The translations under genes and the position numbers were made by a program. Under the pieces are notes generated by a model. The model saw nothing but the letters and a program-made list of their open reading frames with translations. It did no database searches and was not told the origin of the DNA. From contig CAUREE010000003.1 in NCBI GenBank assembly GCA_963523985.1, forward strand, positions 8,491 to 72,490: a DNA stretch of 64,000 nucleotides, written 5' to 3'. Below are positions 21,157-31,659 of the stretch, piece after piece. Numbering within the stretch: position 1 is the stretch's first letter; each line of letters begins with the position of its first letter. This stretch comes from an uncultured Veillonella sp. (GTDB taxonomy: Bacteria; Bacillota; Negativicutes; Veillonellales; Veillonellaceae).

Positions 21157-22401
21157 TTAGTTTACAGTATATAAATAATCATATTGTTCTTGTGTCAATG
21201 TATCTAAATCGTAGCCCATAGATTGCAATTTCAATTTCGCAATTTCTGCATCCACTTCATATGGCAATACATGTACATCATGTTCCATGTCTGCTCCATG
21301 GTGCAAGATATATTCTGCTGCTAAGGCTTGCATTGCAAAGGACAAGTCCATGATTTCCGCTGGATGTCCATCACCTGCTGCTAGGTTTACAAGGCGACCT
21401 TCTGCTAATACATACAATTGGCGACCATCTTGCATATGGTAGGCTTCGATATTTTGGCGTACTCGTTCATGAGATACTGCCATGGCTGCTAAGTCTTTCA
21501 CATTGACTTCGCAATCGAAATGTCCCGCATTACAAAGCACAGCGCGGTCTTTCATCACTGCATAATGTTCTTCTGTGATGACATCCTTACAACCCGTGAC
21601 AGTACAGAAAATATCACCTATTTTAGCTGCTTCCACCATTGGCAATACTTTGAATCCATCAAATACAGCCTCGATAGCTTTAATTGGATCCACTTCTGTT
21701 ACATACACGTGGGCGCCTAAGCCTTTGGCACGAAGTGCCACACCTTTACCGCACCAACCATAACCAGCAACGACTACATTTTTACCTGTAACCGTCAAGT
21801 TTGTAGTACGCATAATGCCATCCCAAACAGATTGTCCTGTACCATAACGATTGTCGAACAAGTATTTACAGTTAGAATCGTTAACAGCGATCATAGGGAA
21901 TGTCAATTGTTCCGCTTCAGCCAAAGCTTTCAAACGGTGTACGCCTGTAGTGGTTTCTTCACTACCGCCCAATAAACGTTCTTTCGCATCTTGGCGAGTC
22001 GTGTGAAGTAAGCTTACTAAGTCGCCACCGTCGTCGATGATGATATGCGGTTTATGATCTAGTGCTTTGTTCAAGAACATCGTATATTCTTCGTCTGTAC
22101 AATTGTACCAAGCATAGACAGTCAATCCCATATCCACAAGTCCTGCTGCCACATCATCTTGGGTAGATAATGGATTGGACCCTGTAACGATAACATCAGC
22201 ACCACCACGTTTTAACACGGTAGATAAATACGCAGTTTTTGCTTCTAAATGAACAGATACCACGATAGTTTGACCTTTGAAAGTTTGCTCTTTTTCAAAA
22301 CGGTCTCCTAATGTATTTAAAGTAGGCATAAAATTAGCTACCCAGTCGATTTTTTTACGACCTTCAGCGGCTAAGGAAATATCTCGAATTAAAGATTGCA
22401 T
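21157..22401 (-). CDS. ahcY: Adenosylhomocysteinase family hydrolase (short type; HxExK fingerprint suggests S-inosylhomocysteine preference)
   Basis: SNPLSTQD, DDGGDL, EETTTG, FDNRYGTGQS, GYGWCGKG, GRLVNLAAGDGHP. Confidence 0.95.
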   Translation of the reverse strand: MQSLIRDISLAAEGRKKIDWVANFMPTLNTLGDRFEKEQTFKGQTIVVSVHLEAKTAYLSTVLKRGGADVIVTGSNPLSTQDDVAAGLVDMGLTVYAWYNCTDEEYTMFLNKALDHKPHIIIDDGGDLVSLLHTTRQDAKERLLGGSEETTTGVHRLKALAEAEQLTFPMIAVNDSNCKYLFDNRYGTGQSVWDGIMRTTNLTVTGKNVVVAGYGWCGKGVALRAKGLGAHVYVTEVDPIKAIEAVFDGFKVLPMVEAAKIGDIFCTVTGCKDVITEEHYAVMKDRAVLCNAGHFDCEVNVKDLAAMAVSHERVRQNIEAYHMQDGRQLYVLAEGRLVNLAAGDGHPAEIMDLSFAMQALAAEYILHHGADMEHDVHVLPYEVDAEIAKLKLQSMGYDLDTLTQEQYDYLYTVN

Positions 22402-22433
22402 TGATGTTCTCCTTTTAGATTCTTCATGATAGA

Positions 22434-23228
22434 TTATAATTGAAAGCCACCATACTCAGCCATACGATGATGCGCAGGATAGTCTGCATTCACATCGATT
22501 CCTTTGATGACTTCTTTCACTAACGATTGCAATTGTTCTGCCATTTGTTGCATCATATCTACTACTTCACCATGGGTCAAAGCAGATTCAGAAATGCCCG
22601 CAGCATAATTAGTAATCATAGAAATTGTCATATATGCCATTTCGGCTTCATTGGCTAAGGTCACCTCTGGTACATTTGTCATGCCCACTGTTTGTCCACC
22701 TAACATAGCGTACATGCGAATTTCAGCAGGAGACTCAAAACGAGGGCCCTCTGTACATACGTAGGTGCCGCCATTGTGAACCGTTAAGCCTAATGATCTC
22801 GCAGCACTTTCAACAATAGAGCGCAACTCAGGACTATATGGTTCCGTTACATCCACATGCGCCACAGGACGGTCCCCACCTTCGTAGAATGTATTCACAC
22901 GGTTTTTCGTAAAGTCTAAAAATTGGTCAGTCAACACAAAATGACCAGGTCCAAAGTTCTCATCCAACGAACCAACCGCTGTGGTAGATACGATGAACTT
23001 AACACCTAACTTTTTCAAGCCCCAAATGTTGGCACGATAATTAATCTTGTGCGGTGGAATCGAATGATCACGGCCATGACGGGCTAAGAAGTACACCGTC
23101 TTACCTTCATAAGTGCCACATACATAATGAATCTCACCATAAGGTGTCATCAAAGACGATTCCGTCATAGTTTCAAACATATTTGGATCGTACACACCGG
23201 TACCACCAATAATAGCAATGGCTGACAT
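22434..23228 (-). CDS. mtnP: MTAP-family purine nucleoside phosphorylase (methylthioadenosine/methylthioinosine)
   Basis: IIGGTG, RHG, INYRANIW, EGPRFES, VGMT, TNYAAG. Confidence 0.9.
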   Translation of the reverse strand: MSAIAIIGGTGVYDPNMFETMTESSLMTPYGEIHYVCGTYEGKTVYFLARHGRDHSIPPHKINYRANIWGLKKLGVKFIVSTTAVGSLDENFGPGHFVLTDQFLDFTKNRVNTFYEGGDRPVAHVDVTEPYSPELRSIVESAARSLGLTVHNGGTYVCTEGPRFESPAEIRMYAMLGGQTVGMTNVPEVTLANEAEMAYMTISMITNYAAGISESALTHGEVVDMMQQMAEQLQSLVKEVIKGIDVNADYPAHHRMAEYGGFQL

Positions 23229-23352
23229 ATAGTTCCTCCTTGAGAAAGATAGAATTCATATTACATAACTAGTATATCATATACGACCTTTAATATAGGT
23301 ATAATCGATTATACGTAAAAGCTTTTATGGACTATAAAAAACACATATAAAA

Positions 23353-24702
23353 CTATTTCATCATGCCAAAATAATGTATAATTTTGTCATTTATCAACGT
23401 ATACACCAGTTTTAATTGTTGTTTGGGAATATTCATATATTTTTCCATCATAGAACGCATATTAGCTAAGATTTCTTGGCAGTCTTTACCGTCACTAGCT
23501 TCACGTATATCCTCTTGTGTAATAGTAGCAATCTCATGGGCTACTATATTTCTAACATTCTTTAAAATTGGTGTGAAAATTTTTAGCCTGTTCACTAAAT
23601 CAGATTGAGTATAGGAATGGAACTGTATCATATTAAACATATGAAAAAAAGATAATTCAAAATCCTTAGTATCATAATTTAACTGAGTCATAGAACGCTC
23701 CCAGGACTTATACAATTCTGGATATTCTTTAGATAGTTTGAGATGATCTACCATCCCTCGACGACCTCTAACCTCAATGTTTCTAAAATTAACTCTATAG
23801 GTTTCTTTAAGAATACATTTCATAAATTGGAATAAGTAGGGCGTCAATTTCACTATGAAATCTTGATACATCCCTTTTTCAATACGAATTTGTGCAATAT
23901 ATAAATATTCGATTAAGTTTCTAATTTCTATTTTGGAAGAAAGTATAGAGTGCGTAAGGCTTTGTTTCAATTCTTTAGGAATATAGTTCAAAGATGTATC
24001 ATACTCAAAAGCACTTCGATACATACTATGTTGTAGTAGCTTACCTATTATATCAAGATATTCCTTATCCTTCTCCTCAGCTAGCATCTTATATTCTTTA
24101 AGTACCTGGAGAGCTTGTTTATATTCATATACTTTTACTAACGAAATACATCTTTCTTTTAGAAATCGTCGCTTTACTATCTGTAGCAAAGGTTCATGAC
24201 AGCGATTATTTGTTCCTTGTTCATTGTCAAAGTTACATTCTATCACATAATCAATTTCTTCATTACCTTGCAATGCATGTTCTGTTCTATTTGAACGCTC
24301 AGTAGGTGTATCGACCTGAACCCCGGTTACATCTGTATTTTCAATCGCAAGATATGTCATCAACTGACACATTTGTGGTGTTCCAGATGTTAAATTAATT
24401 AAAAATTCCGCTTCTGAAAACTCATCTTTTAATCTATAAAATTCATCAACTAAACTATACAATGCATCAATCTTGTGGACTTCTTGAAGCTCTGTTTTTA
24501 TTAACCTTACTACACACTGTGGATTTACATAAGAAATTGCTTTTGTATATTGCTGATTACGTTCTTCCTCTACTACCATTTCTTTCGAAAGAAATAAGAC
24601 AGCCATATCTGGCTTATAATGACGAATTATATGGAGCATACCTCCATCATAACATCCCCGTATAGGGTCTGTTGTTCCTATAGCAGAATATAATATTTTC
24701 AT
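23353..24702 (-). CDS. csm6: Type III-A ancillary RNase Csm6 (CARF + HEPN)
   Basis: CARF motifs GTTDP and NLTSGTPQM; HEPN RxxxxH motif RNIVAH. Confidence 0.93.
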   Translation of the reverse strand: MKILYSAIGTTDPIRGCYDGGMLHIIRHYKPDMAVLFLSKEMVVEEERNQQYTKAISYVNPQCVVRLIKTELQEVHKIDALYSLVDEFYRLKDEFSEAEFLINLTSGTPQMCQLMTYLAIENTDVTGVQVDTPTERSNRTEHALQGNEEIDYVIECNFDNEQGTNNRCHEPLLQIVKRRFLKERCISLVKVYEYKQALQVLKEYKMLAEEKDKEYLDIIGKLLQHSMYRSAFEYDTSLNYIPKELKQSLTHSILSSKIEIRNLIEYLYIAQIRIEKGMYQDFIVKLTPYLFQFMKCILKETYRVNFRNIEVRGRRGMVDHLKLSKEYPELYKSWERSMTQLNYDTKDFELSFFHMFNMIQFHSYTQSDLVNRLKIFTPILKNVRNIVAHEIATITQEDIREASDGKDCQEILANMRSMMEKYMNIPKQQLKLVYTLINDKIIHYFGMMK

Positions 24703-24704
24703 AC

Positions 24705-25481
24705 CTAACTCTTAATCTCTTCTAAATTTACTTTCATAGCACCCATACCGATGGCTACCTTGATACCACAACCACAAAGCGTTCCATAATAACATAGCAT
24801 AGCTGCTAAATTAGACAAAATCATATTGCGTTTACATAGTAATGTATAATCGCCTTGGAATCCTGGAATTTTAGTTCTTTCTAGATAAAATCGTTGCAAT
24901 CGCATCCGATAATCTGCCACATATAGGTTAGTACAGGTAGACTGGAATAACTCTTCATCATCATATACATCTGATGTACTGAAGATATTCCACTTTTTCA
25001 AGAAACTTCTCATCATTTTTTCAATATCTGGGAAAATAGCATATTCTTGATTCACCTTAAATGAAGTAGGCGTAACAAAATGAATATCTATCTTCTTATA
25101 TTGCTTAGCCTCTCCTAGATAAGATTTTGCTATATCTCCATAGGTTGTTTCTAATACAACTCTACGTTCATCAATAATTAAGTTACCACTCTTTTGTTCT
25201 AACTTCACTATAGGAGCAATAGTATATAAGGAATCAACAATCTCACGTACACTATCCATTGTCAATGCAGTAATACGCCATACACTTGTATTACGCTCTT
25301 TATCATAATACACATATTGATGGTAAGGAGGTGTTGCTGTTGTATGTAAAAATGTAGCATACTCTGTAGATATACAAGACATAATTACACCATGTAATAC
25401 GCTACCTAATGACTGTACAATTTTTTGTCCATTATCTAGATGAATATCAAACTCTATAGTTTTAATTTCAATCGTTTTCAA
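24705..25481 (-). CDS. cas6: crRNA-processing endoribonuclease Cas6
   Basis: LHGV, FVTPTSFK, C-terminal Gly-rich loop GCGIKVAIGMG. Confidence 0.93.
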   Translation of the reverse strand: MKTIEIKTIEFDIHLDNGQKIVQSLGSVLHGVIMSCISTEYATFLHTTATPPYHQYVYYDKERNTSVWRITALTMDSVREIVDSLYTIAPIVKLEQKSGNLIIDERRVVLETTYGDIAKSYLGEAKQYKKIDIHFVTPTSFKVNQEYAIFPDIEKMMRSFLKKWNIFSTSDVYDDEELFQSTCTNLYVADYRMRLQRFYLERTKIPGFQGDYTLLCKRNMILSNLAAMLCYYGTLCGCGIKVAIGMGAMKVNLEEIKS

Positions 25482-26643
25482 AATGTAACTTTACGCCTCC
25501 AAATATGTAATCTTTTCCTTTATACTTTGTTAGCTTTAAGGTTCGAGGGGAAATGATTCTATCTTGCCAATGTTTATGTATTTTAAAATCTTTTTGTAAA
25601 CTTATCACTGATTTTACAACATTCACTTCATCTCTTGGATCGTCAAACAAAGGTAAAAGTAATGTTTTATGTAAAAAGCCAATACTACTTCCTAATAAAC
25701 AAGTAACACCTTCTAAATCATATATACATGATTGCTCAACATTTCCTCTAAATACTTGTTTCCATCGTTGTAATAATCGTTGCGTATACATTTCAACAAT
25801 TTTTACTAATTCAGTTATGGAGTGTATTCCTACTTTTTGTAATTCCTGAATATTAACACTCAACATACCTTTTAACCTTGTATTTGGCGTAATGCACTCT
25901 CTATATACAGATAACGCGTTTCTTTCATATTGTCCTGCTACAGAATCATATCTAGGTAAAATATACGTAGCTGTTTTATCCTTTGATGGTAACATAACAT
26001 CTGATACTGAAACACTATGAAATAGTTTTTTTACACCGTCTCTAATATCTTCTCCTGTAGATTTTTTTATACACGATAGTATCAACATATCTAGAGCTTT
26101 TCCATACTCTCTTGTACATCTACGAAGTTCTCTATCATTGTTTGAAGCATCTATAAGTTTTTTCTGCCATTCGTGACGAAATGCTTCATTATTTTCTACT
26201 ATATAAGCTATCACAGCAGAAATAATAACTCCCTTTAAGGAACTACCTGGAATATACGGCATTCCGTTAAGAGCAGTCATACATAAATACACATTATTTA
26301 ATGATTTCTTAGATAGGGAACTTTTCACACAACGCAATTGACGTTTTGAAAGACTAGATAACACTGTATCATCAGGAACCCCAATTGTCCGTTCCATCCA
26401 TTCATAAATCGTTTTTTTTGTTTGTTTTAATGTATAACATTTTATATATGCCTCATAGTCAGTAAGTTTATGTAAAGAGTCTAAATATTGAAACCATTTT
26501 TTCTGATTTAAAATATATACATCTTGATTTGAGCTATCTAAAATATAGTCAAATACTCTAAGCTCTTGTCCATTTCCAATAGAAACTGGTGTAATTACTT
26601 CTAATGTAAATGGAATTGTAAACGGTATGGATTTATTACTCAT
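25468..26643 (-). CDS. csm5: Csm5 (Cas7-like RAMP)
   Basis: TPVSIGNG, PYIPGSSLKG, SVSD, PRTLK. ATG overlaps the csm4 stop. Confidence 0.92.
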   Translation of the reverse strand: MSNKSIPFTIPFTLEVITPVSIGNGQELRVFDYILDSSNQDVYILNQKKWFQYLDSLHKLTDYEAYIKCYTLKQTKKTIYEWMERTIGVPDDTVLSSLSKRQLRCVKSSLSKKSLNNVYLCMTALNGMPYIPGSSLKGVIISAVIAYIVENNEAFRHEWQKKLIDASNNDRELRRCTREYGKALDMLILSCIKKSTGEDIRDGVKKLFHSVSVSDVMLPSKDKTATYILPRYDSVAGQYERNALSVYRECITPNTRLKGMLSVNIQELQKVGIHSITELVKIVEMYTQRLLQRWKQVFRGNVEQSCIYDLEGVTCLLGSSIGFLHKTLLLPLFDDPRDEVNVVKSVISLQKDFKIHKHWQDRIISPRTLKLTKYKGKDYIFGGVKLHFEND

Positions 26644-27634
26644 CAACATTCACCCCCAGCCAAAAGCCTTTCATATATTTATAAATTGGATGTGGGCTTT
26701 GATCATGATATAGTTCTATTACTTGTCCCTCTAATTGTACAGGCATACAACTTCCTTCTTGCAAGGCATAAAAAGAATTTCGTTTATAGGGGGCTACTAT
26801 AGATTCACTATATACAAATCCGCTTCTTCGCTTCAATTTATACGTACCATGACTTAGTGTTTCAATTTCATCTGCCTTGGGTGTAATTGCACTAACGGAC
26901 ATATATATAGGTCCTTCTTGATGCAACAAATTATATAATGCCGCCGCATCATCACCGCACAATGGTAATTCGTCCAGCTCAAACTCATTCTCTAGCATAA
27001 ATTGTCCATAACCAGAACTTCGTTTCCCACCAATGCCCGTATAACTTAAGAACTCAAAAATCGCTTTAACTCTTTCTATATCCCCTTCATTTTTTACACC
27101 AAGTATACAATATAGGCCTGCATCGTGTACAAACTTAAAAGATCCTACTACATAAGGCTTACTATTATCTTCTCTTAATGCTACTCGCTGAGATGTGAGG
27201 AACTGTCCAAAAATAGGTTCATCAGTTACTTCAGACGGTGAGTACTGACCAGACTCATTATATAGATTAGATGCACGAACATAACCTATTTTCTTTATTT
27301 TTTTCTGTTGCTTCACTTGTTCTTGTAATAATGAAGTATTAGTGATGGCATCATACTTTCTATGTCCCACATAAATTGGACGTGGCACAAATAACTCTAA
27401 TTCTTGACTTAGATTTTTAAACGGAAAAAGGCTTGAAATTTTTATATGTCCCAATCGCAAGGACTCCAGAAACCACTCTACTTCTACTTGATTATATCCA
27501 ATTTCATTCACACAAGCAGATACAAAGGTATCTGACGATATAGTTATTTGCACTTTATCTAACGACCCACCTTCATTAGTGTTTCCAAAGTGCACAGAAC
27601 TTGTGAATGTAAAAGGAAAGATATAATATCTCAT
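26636..27634 (-). CDS. csm4: Csm4 (Cas5-like RAMP)
   Basis: VHFG, SDT, ISSLFPF, GIGGKRSSGYG, EGS, HPIY. Confidence 0.94.
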   Translation of the reverse strand: MRYYIFPFTFTSSVHFGNTNEGGSLDKVQITISSDTFVSACVNEIGYNQVEVEWFLESLRLGHIKISSLFPFKNLSQELELFVPRPIYVGHRKYDAITNTSLLQEQVKQQKKIKKIGYVRASNLYNESGQYSPSEVTDEPIFGQFLTSQRVALREDNSKPYVVGSFKFVHDAGLYCILGVKNEGDIERVKAIFEFLSYTGIGGKRSSGYGQFMLENEFELDELPLCGDDAAALYNLLHQEGPIYMSVSAITPKADEIETLSHGTYKLKRRSGFVYSESIVAPYKRNSFYALQEGSCMPVQLEGQVIELYHDQSPHPIYKYMKGFWLGVNVDE

Positions 27635-27643
27635 TACATCACC

Positions 27644-28327
27644 TTAGCCTTGCAAAATGACTTTACATCGTTCACATAATGCAGCATCATCTGGGAATGA
27701 TGTTACGTTGATATTTTCAATCGCTACGCGACCATATCCACGTGTTCCATGGCCACCCAAATAATCTAACTCTAGCAGTTTTATTCCGGTACGTAAAGTT
27801 TTCAAATCTTCTTCAAGTTCTGTTTCATCAATTACTGTATACACTAACTGGAATACAAACTTTGCACCTGCAGGTACGCGCTCTATTTGCCTTGGATTAG
27901 CTTCACCATTTGCCCGTTTAATAGAGTTTTCAAACTTCACTTCCCCCATATACGTATCAGTTTCGATAGATTCAAATAACGACTTACTCTCTTCAGATAC
28001 AAACAAATCTTGAAATTGCAAACGAGATATAATCTGAGGAATTGTAGATCCAAATAAACGTTTTATAACTTCATCATCTTTATGAATTTCATTGACAATA
28101 TACCGTTTACTTCTATAGCGTGCTAATAATGTACGAATTTTACCTTTTAATGAACTACCTGGAACAATTGGTTCCTGTGTTAACGCATCACGAACAAATG
28201 GACTATCTACAGATCCAATAGGTGCATAATCGCTGCCTCCACCAATATGCATACCAGTCTTGACTACTAAGTTACCTTTGATAATAACTTTCCCACGAAT
28301 TACATTTTTAATCTCTTCATTCATCAT
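27644..28327 (-). CDS. csm3: Csm3 (Cas7-like backbone RNase)
   Basis: TGMHIGG, IGSVDSP (catalytic Asp), PGSSLKGK, ANPRQIERVP, YLGGHGTRGYG. Confidence 0.96.
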   Translation of the reverse strand: MMNEEIKNVIRGKVIIKGNLVVKTGMHIGGGSDYAPIGSVDSPFVRDALTQEPIVPGSSLKGKIRTLLARYRSKRYIVNEIHKDDEVIKRLFGSTIPQIISRLQFQDLFVSEESKSLFESIETDTYMGEVKFENSIKRANGEANPRQIERVPAGAKFVFQLVYTVIDETELEEDLKTLRTGIKLLELDYLGGHGTRGYGRVAIENINVTSFPDDAALCERCKVILQG

Positions 28328-28803
28328 TAACGTCTCCCCCTAGTACTATTTCCTCGACTATTACTGGTGTTATATTTCTTATCTCTAGTGGATATTGCTG
28401 AATAATACTTATGGAATGCAACTAATGCTTCTATATACTTGCAGTATTCATTAAACTTCTCAATATCTCCACCAATAGCATCTAAACGAGAAATTAATTC
28501 AGCCTTTTTTATAAAATCATCAACTGCATTAATCGCATTATGATTTTTAATTTTTTCTTCAATTTCACGACCAGCTTGATAACAAAATAATGTTTTAAGA
28601 AATCGAATTTCCATTTGTAATTCTGGGGATATTGTTTTCACTTTCTCTTTGCTTTTAGCTATTTCAACTTTTACTTTATTTTTTACATCAGTAATAGCAG
28701 ATAAAATCTTTCTAAGCTGGCTCGTATTTAAAGCAATAACACCTTCATCTGTTCTTTTTAAATCCTTAATCACTTTTTCTGCTTTTTCTACATAATCAGC
28801 CAT
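28327..28803 (-). CDS. csm2: Csm2 small subunit (Cas11)
   Basis: TSQLRK, YQAGRE, EALVAFHKY. Start ATG 28803 overlaps the end of cas10. Confidence 0.92.
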   Translation of the reverse strand: MADYVEKAEKVIKDLKRTDEGVIALNTSQLRKILSAITDVKNKVKVEIAKSKEKVKTISPELQMEIRFLKTLFCYQAGREIEEKIKNHNAINAVDDFIKKAELISRLDAIGGDIEKFNEYCKYIEALVAFHKYYSAISTRDKKYNTSNSRGNSTRGRR

Positions 28804-31324
28804 GATATTCCTCCCTTTTTCCTTTCTCCCGTAGACCATATATTACTATGTGAATGGCTGTTAATAATTCTCTAGCCGATTCTTTATCCTTAGTGTGCTC
28901 ATACATCATAGAAATAAACTTCTTATATGCTTCTAATTGTGCTTCACTAGCTTGATCAGGTTCCATACGAGACAAAGTATATAACAGTCTAGCTCTATGA
29001 ATTGTTTCTAAATCATCTCCTATGATTTCTTCTAATAATTCCATAATTCTATACATGGTACTTCTTTTAAAGGGCATCTTCGATGAATCTGAAATGGGTC
29101 CTTCTTTAGATATTGCTAATATTGACTGCAACATATTAAACTTTTCACCTAGTACAGATTGTATAAACCGATCCCATGTATATACATGACGACACCGTGG
29201 AGCATTACCTTTATTTTCTGTATCAAACCCAAATAAAGCAATACTATCTTTTTCAGGCATATCCTTTGCTACAGATTCTAATTCCCCTGTTATCTCTGCC
29301 ATTTTTGTAATTGGAAAACTAAGGGTAAACATGCCTAATCCTGCGGATATGGTCAGTTTGCCATCCGTTAAATCTCTTAATCGTTTACTAATATCAATAG
29401 CCACCTCCAGCAGCTCATCCCAGGGACCTACTAAAAAGACATCATCCCCACCAGAGTAGATAATATGAATATGCCCTTTTTCACTAGTATCTCCTTTCCA
29501 AAGACGATAGGTATCTTTTGCATCTTCAACACCATTAACATTGCCAGATACAATTTTATTAACACCTACTTTAAAAAACATAGATAAAGCTCTTGATAAA
29601 TCTGCATACCTTGAAAATGTATTAAAATGAAATGGATTTTCTTTAGTATGATTAATGAATCCGCCAATAAAGGCAGCCCCTAAGTTATCCACATCTGCTC
29701 GTAATACACCTAATCGTTGTATACCGACTGCGTCGGAACCACTCAAGTTTGCTAACTCAGAAAAATCATACACATCGCCATTTGGCTTGCGGCTAACATA
29801 GTCGGCCACCCACAATCGATTGGCCACTTGATTTCCCGTTTCCGCTTCATTAATAACATATATATGTTTCCAAATAGCACTATAACCTAACTCTTCTACC
29901 TTACGTTTGGATATAACATACAATTTTGTTGCATCCCTAGCATACACTGGAATCGATGGAATATTTTCTAGTACTGCTTGTTCTTCTGCAATTCCTAGTA
30001 CAGACTTTTCCGATTGCACTAATACATCACCCAATTTGTATAAGGAGTCACACATATGGCATGCTAGCGATTCCGTATCACCATATGGTTGTAGTTCTAC
30101 TGAAGAGGTATGACAAATCGAGCACTCTTTATCACCATCTCTAACAGAATTAATATTACTATTAGGATTAAATAGGTCTTCTAAGTTTTCTTTGGTATAT
30201 CTAGATATTTTACCTTTACTAGTTTCTCGACTGGCTTCACCAAATAATTTATGTTGCATTTCTCCGTTAATGACATCATTTCCAGTACATGTGGCCATGC
30301 CTAATGCAATATATAGTTTAGTGCCTACATGGTCAAGTAACCATCTATTGACAGATATTTCCGCTGCCTTTACAACGCTTTTGGCAGTTTCTGTAGCAGG
30401 GCCAAGTATATAAAAATGACCGCCTCCAGAATATAGTAAATTACAACGTGTTAATTGCAAATCTTCTAATACAGAATCAATGATAGACTCTAGTAAAACC
30501 TCTAAATATATAGACCTACCTCGTAGTGACTTTAATGCACCTTTAGATGATACTGTATAGATAAAATCCTGTATGCCCGATATATCGCCAGAGATAATCA
30601 TGAAAGATTCTTGTTCACGAAATACTTTTGAATCTGTAAAGCAATATTTTTTATAATCCTCTATACCATTTTCTTGAAAATATAATTTCATAGATGTAGC
30701 AATGGCTGCTGTCAACTTAGAGTGCATGTACAAAGATATATCTGCTACTTCTTTTCTGTATGTACTAGAAGGAACAAAACTAGTAGTATCCTCATAAATC
30801 CGTAATAATTCATTAACCGTCATGGCATCTATACTTTGCACAGAAAAATTATCTTTCATTGTGTGATAGAGCATTTTATAGGTATCAGATGTGGCTAAAA
30901 TATTTCCATCTTTCGGATAATTATAATTGCTAGCTACATCTAAACCTCGAAGATGATATTTTTGCTCAGTGTTCGAAATATTTCCACCAAATGTATGAAA
31001 TACAGATATTAACGGCATATTCTTGTCGAAGGTTTGTCCCTCCACCATAGTACCTTCATCAAACTCTCTACGGTCCAGGGCCGATGCAAGATTATCTGCT
31101 TCATACACCAAATAGGCTAAACTAGTGTCTGGAATTATGGCCTTAGACAATTGCTTTCCATGGTGATATTGAACACATCTCAATAACTCCTTATCCTCTG
31201 TATAAGAACGCAAAAAAGTAGCCCCCGCAATCGAATGATCTCCTAATCCTTCGTTAGCGCGATAGACTACTTTTCCAATATCATGTAATAAGGCACCTTT
31301 TACCAATGTTTCTAAACACCCCAT
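28796..31324 (-). CDS. cas10: Cas10/Csm1 with HD nuclease and Palm cyclase domains
   Basis: LLHDIGK (HD), GDISGIQDFIY, CxxC...CxxC Zn site, DVDNLG, YSGGDD. Start ATG 31324 after GAGGGAG. Confidence 0.97.
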   Translation of the reverse strand: MGCLETLVKGALLHDIGKVVYRANEGLGDHSIAGATFLRSYTEDKELLRCVQYHHGKQLSKAIIPDTSLAYLVYEADNLASALDRREFDEGTMVEGQTFDKNMPLISVFHTFGGNISNTEQKYHLRGLDVASNYNYPKDGNILATSDTYKMLYHTMKDNFSVQSIDAMTVNELLRIYEDTTSFVPSSTYRKEVADISLYMHSKLTAAIATSMKLYFQENGIEDYKKYCFTDSKVFREQESFMIISGDISGIQDFIYTVSSKGALKSLRGRSIYLEVLLESIIDSVLEDLQLTRCNLLYSGGGHFYILGPATETAKSVVKAAEISVNRWLLDHVGTKLYIALGMATCTGNDVINGEMQHKLFGEASRETSKGKISRYTKENLEDLFNPNSNINSVRDGDKECSICHTSSVELQPYGDTESLACHMCDSLYKLGDVLVQSEKSVLGIAEEQAVLENIPSIPVYARDATKLYVISKRKVEELGYSAIWKHIYVINEAETGNQVANRLWVADYVSRKPNGDVYDFSELANLSGSDAVGIQRLGVLRADVDNLGAAFIGGFINHTKENPFHFNTFSRYADLSRALSMFFKVGVNKIVSGNVNGVEDAKDTYRLWKGDTSEKGHIHIIYSGGDDVFLVGPWDELLEVAIDISKRLRDLTDGKLTISAGLGMFTLSFPITKMAEITGELESVAKDMPEKDSIALFGFDTENKGNAPRCRHVYTWDRFIQSVLGEKFNMLQSILAISKEGPISDSSKMPFKRSTMYRIMELLEEIIGDDLETIHRARLLYTLSRMEPDQASEAQLEAYKKFISMMYEHTKDKESARELLTAIHIVIYGLREKGKREEYHG

Positions 31325-31346
31325 GGTTTTCTCCCTCATGAATCCT

Positions 31347-31637
31347 TTATAATATGACACAATCTTGTTCTTTTCTTTCTCCAATTCCCCAAGTATATAT
31401 CTTAACTAAATCATCAAGAATATATATTCGCAAAGAATCAATATTCGGATTAATTAAACGACTACATTGGCGAATCATAGCATCGTACTGTTTACGATTT
31501 AACAATGCCTCAAACGCTGACTTTTGAACACGAACACCATATCGTTCCAAGCACTTCACCATTTTTAATCGTATCTTATTATCTACTATATCATAAATAA
31601 TCAAAACTATAAACTTTTTCATAATTAAGTACTCCAT
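31347..31637 (-). CDS. cas2: Cas2
   Basis: LIIYDI, YGVRVQKSAFE, DSLRIY. Start may instead be ATG 31622. Confidence 0.95.
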   Translation of the reverse strand: MEYLIMKKFIVLIIYDIVDNKIRLKMVKCLERYGVRVQKSAFEALLNRKQYDAMIRQCSRLINPNIDSLRIYILDDLVKIYTWGIGERKEQDCVIL

Positions 31638-31659
31638 CGAATTATCATTTTCTAGATAT

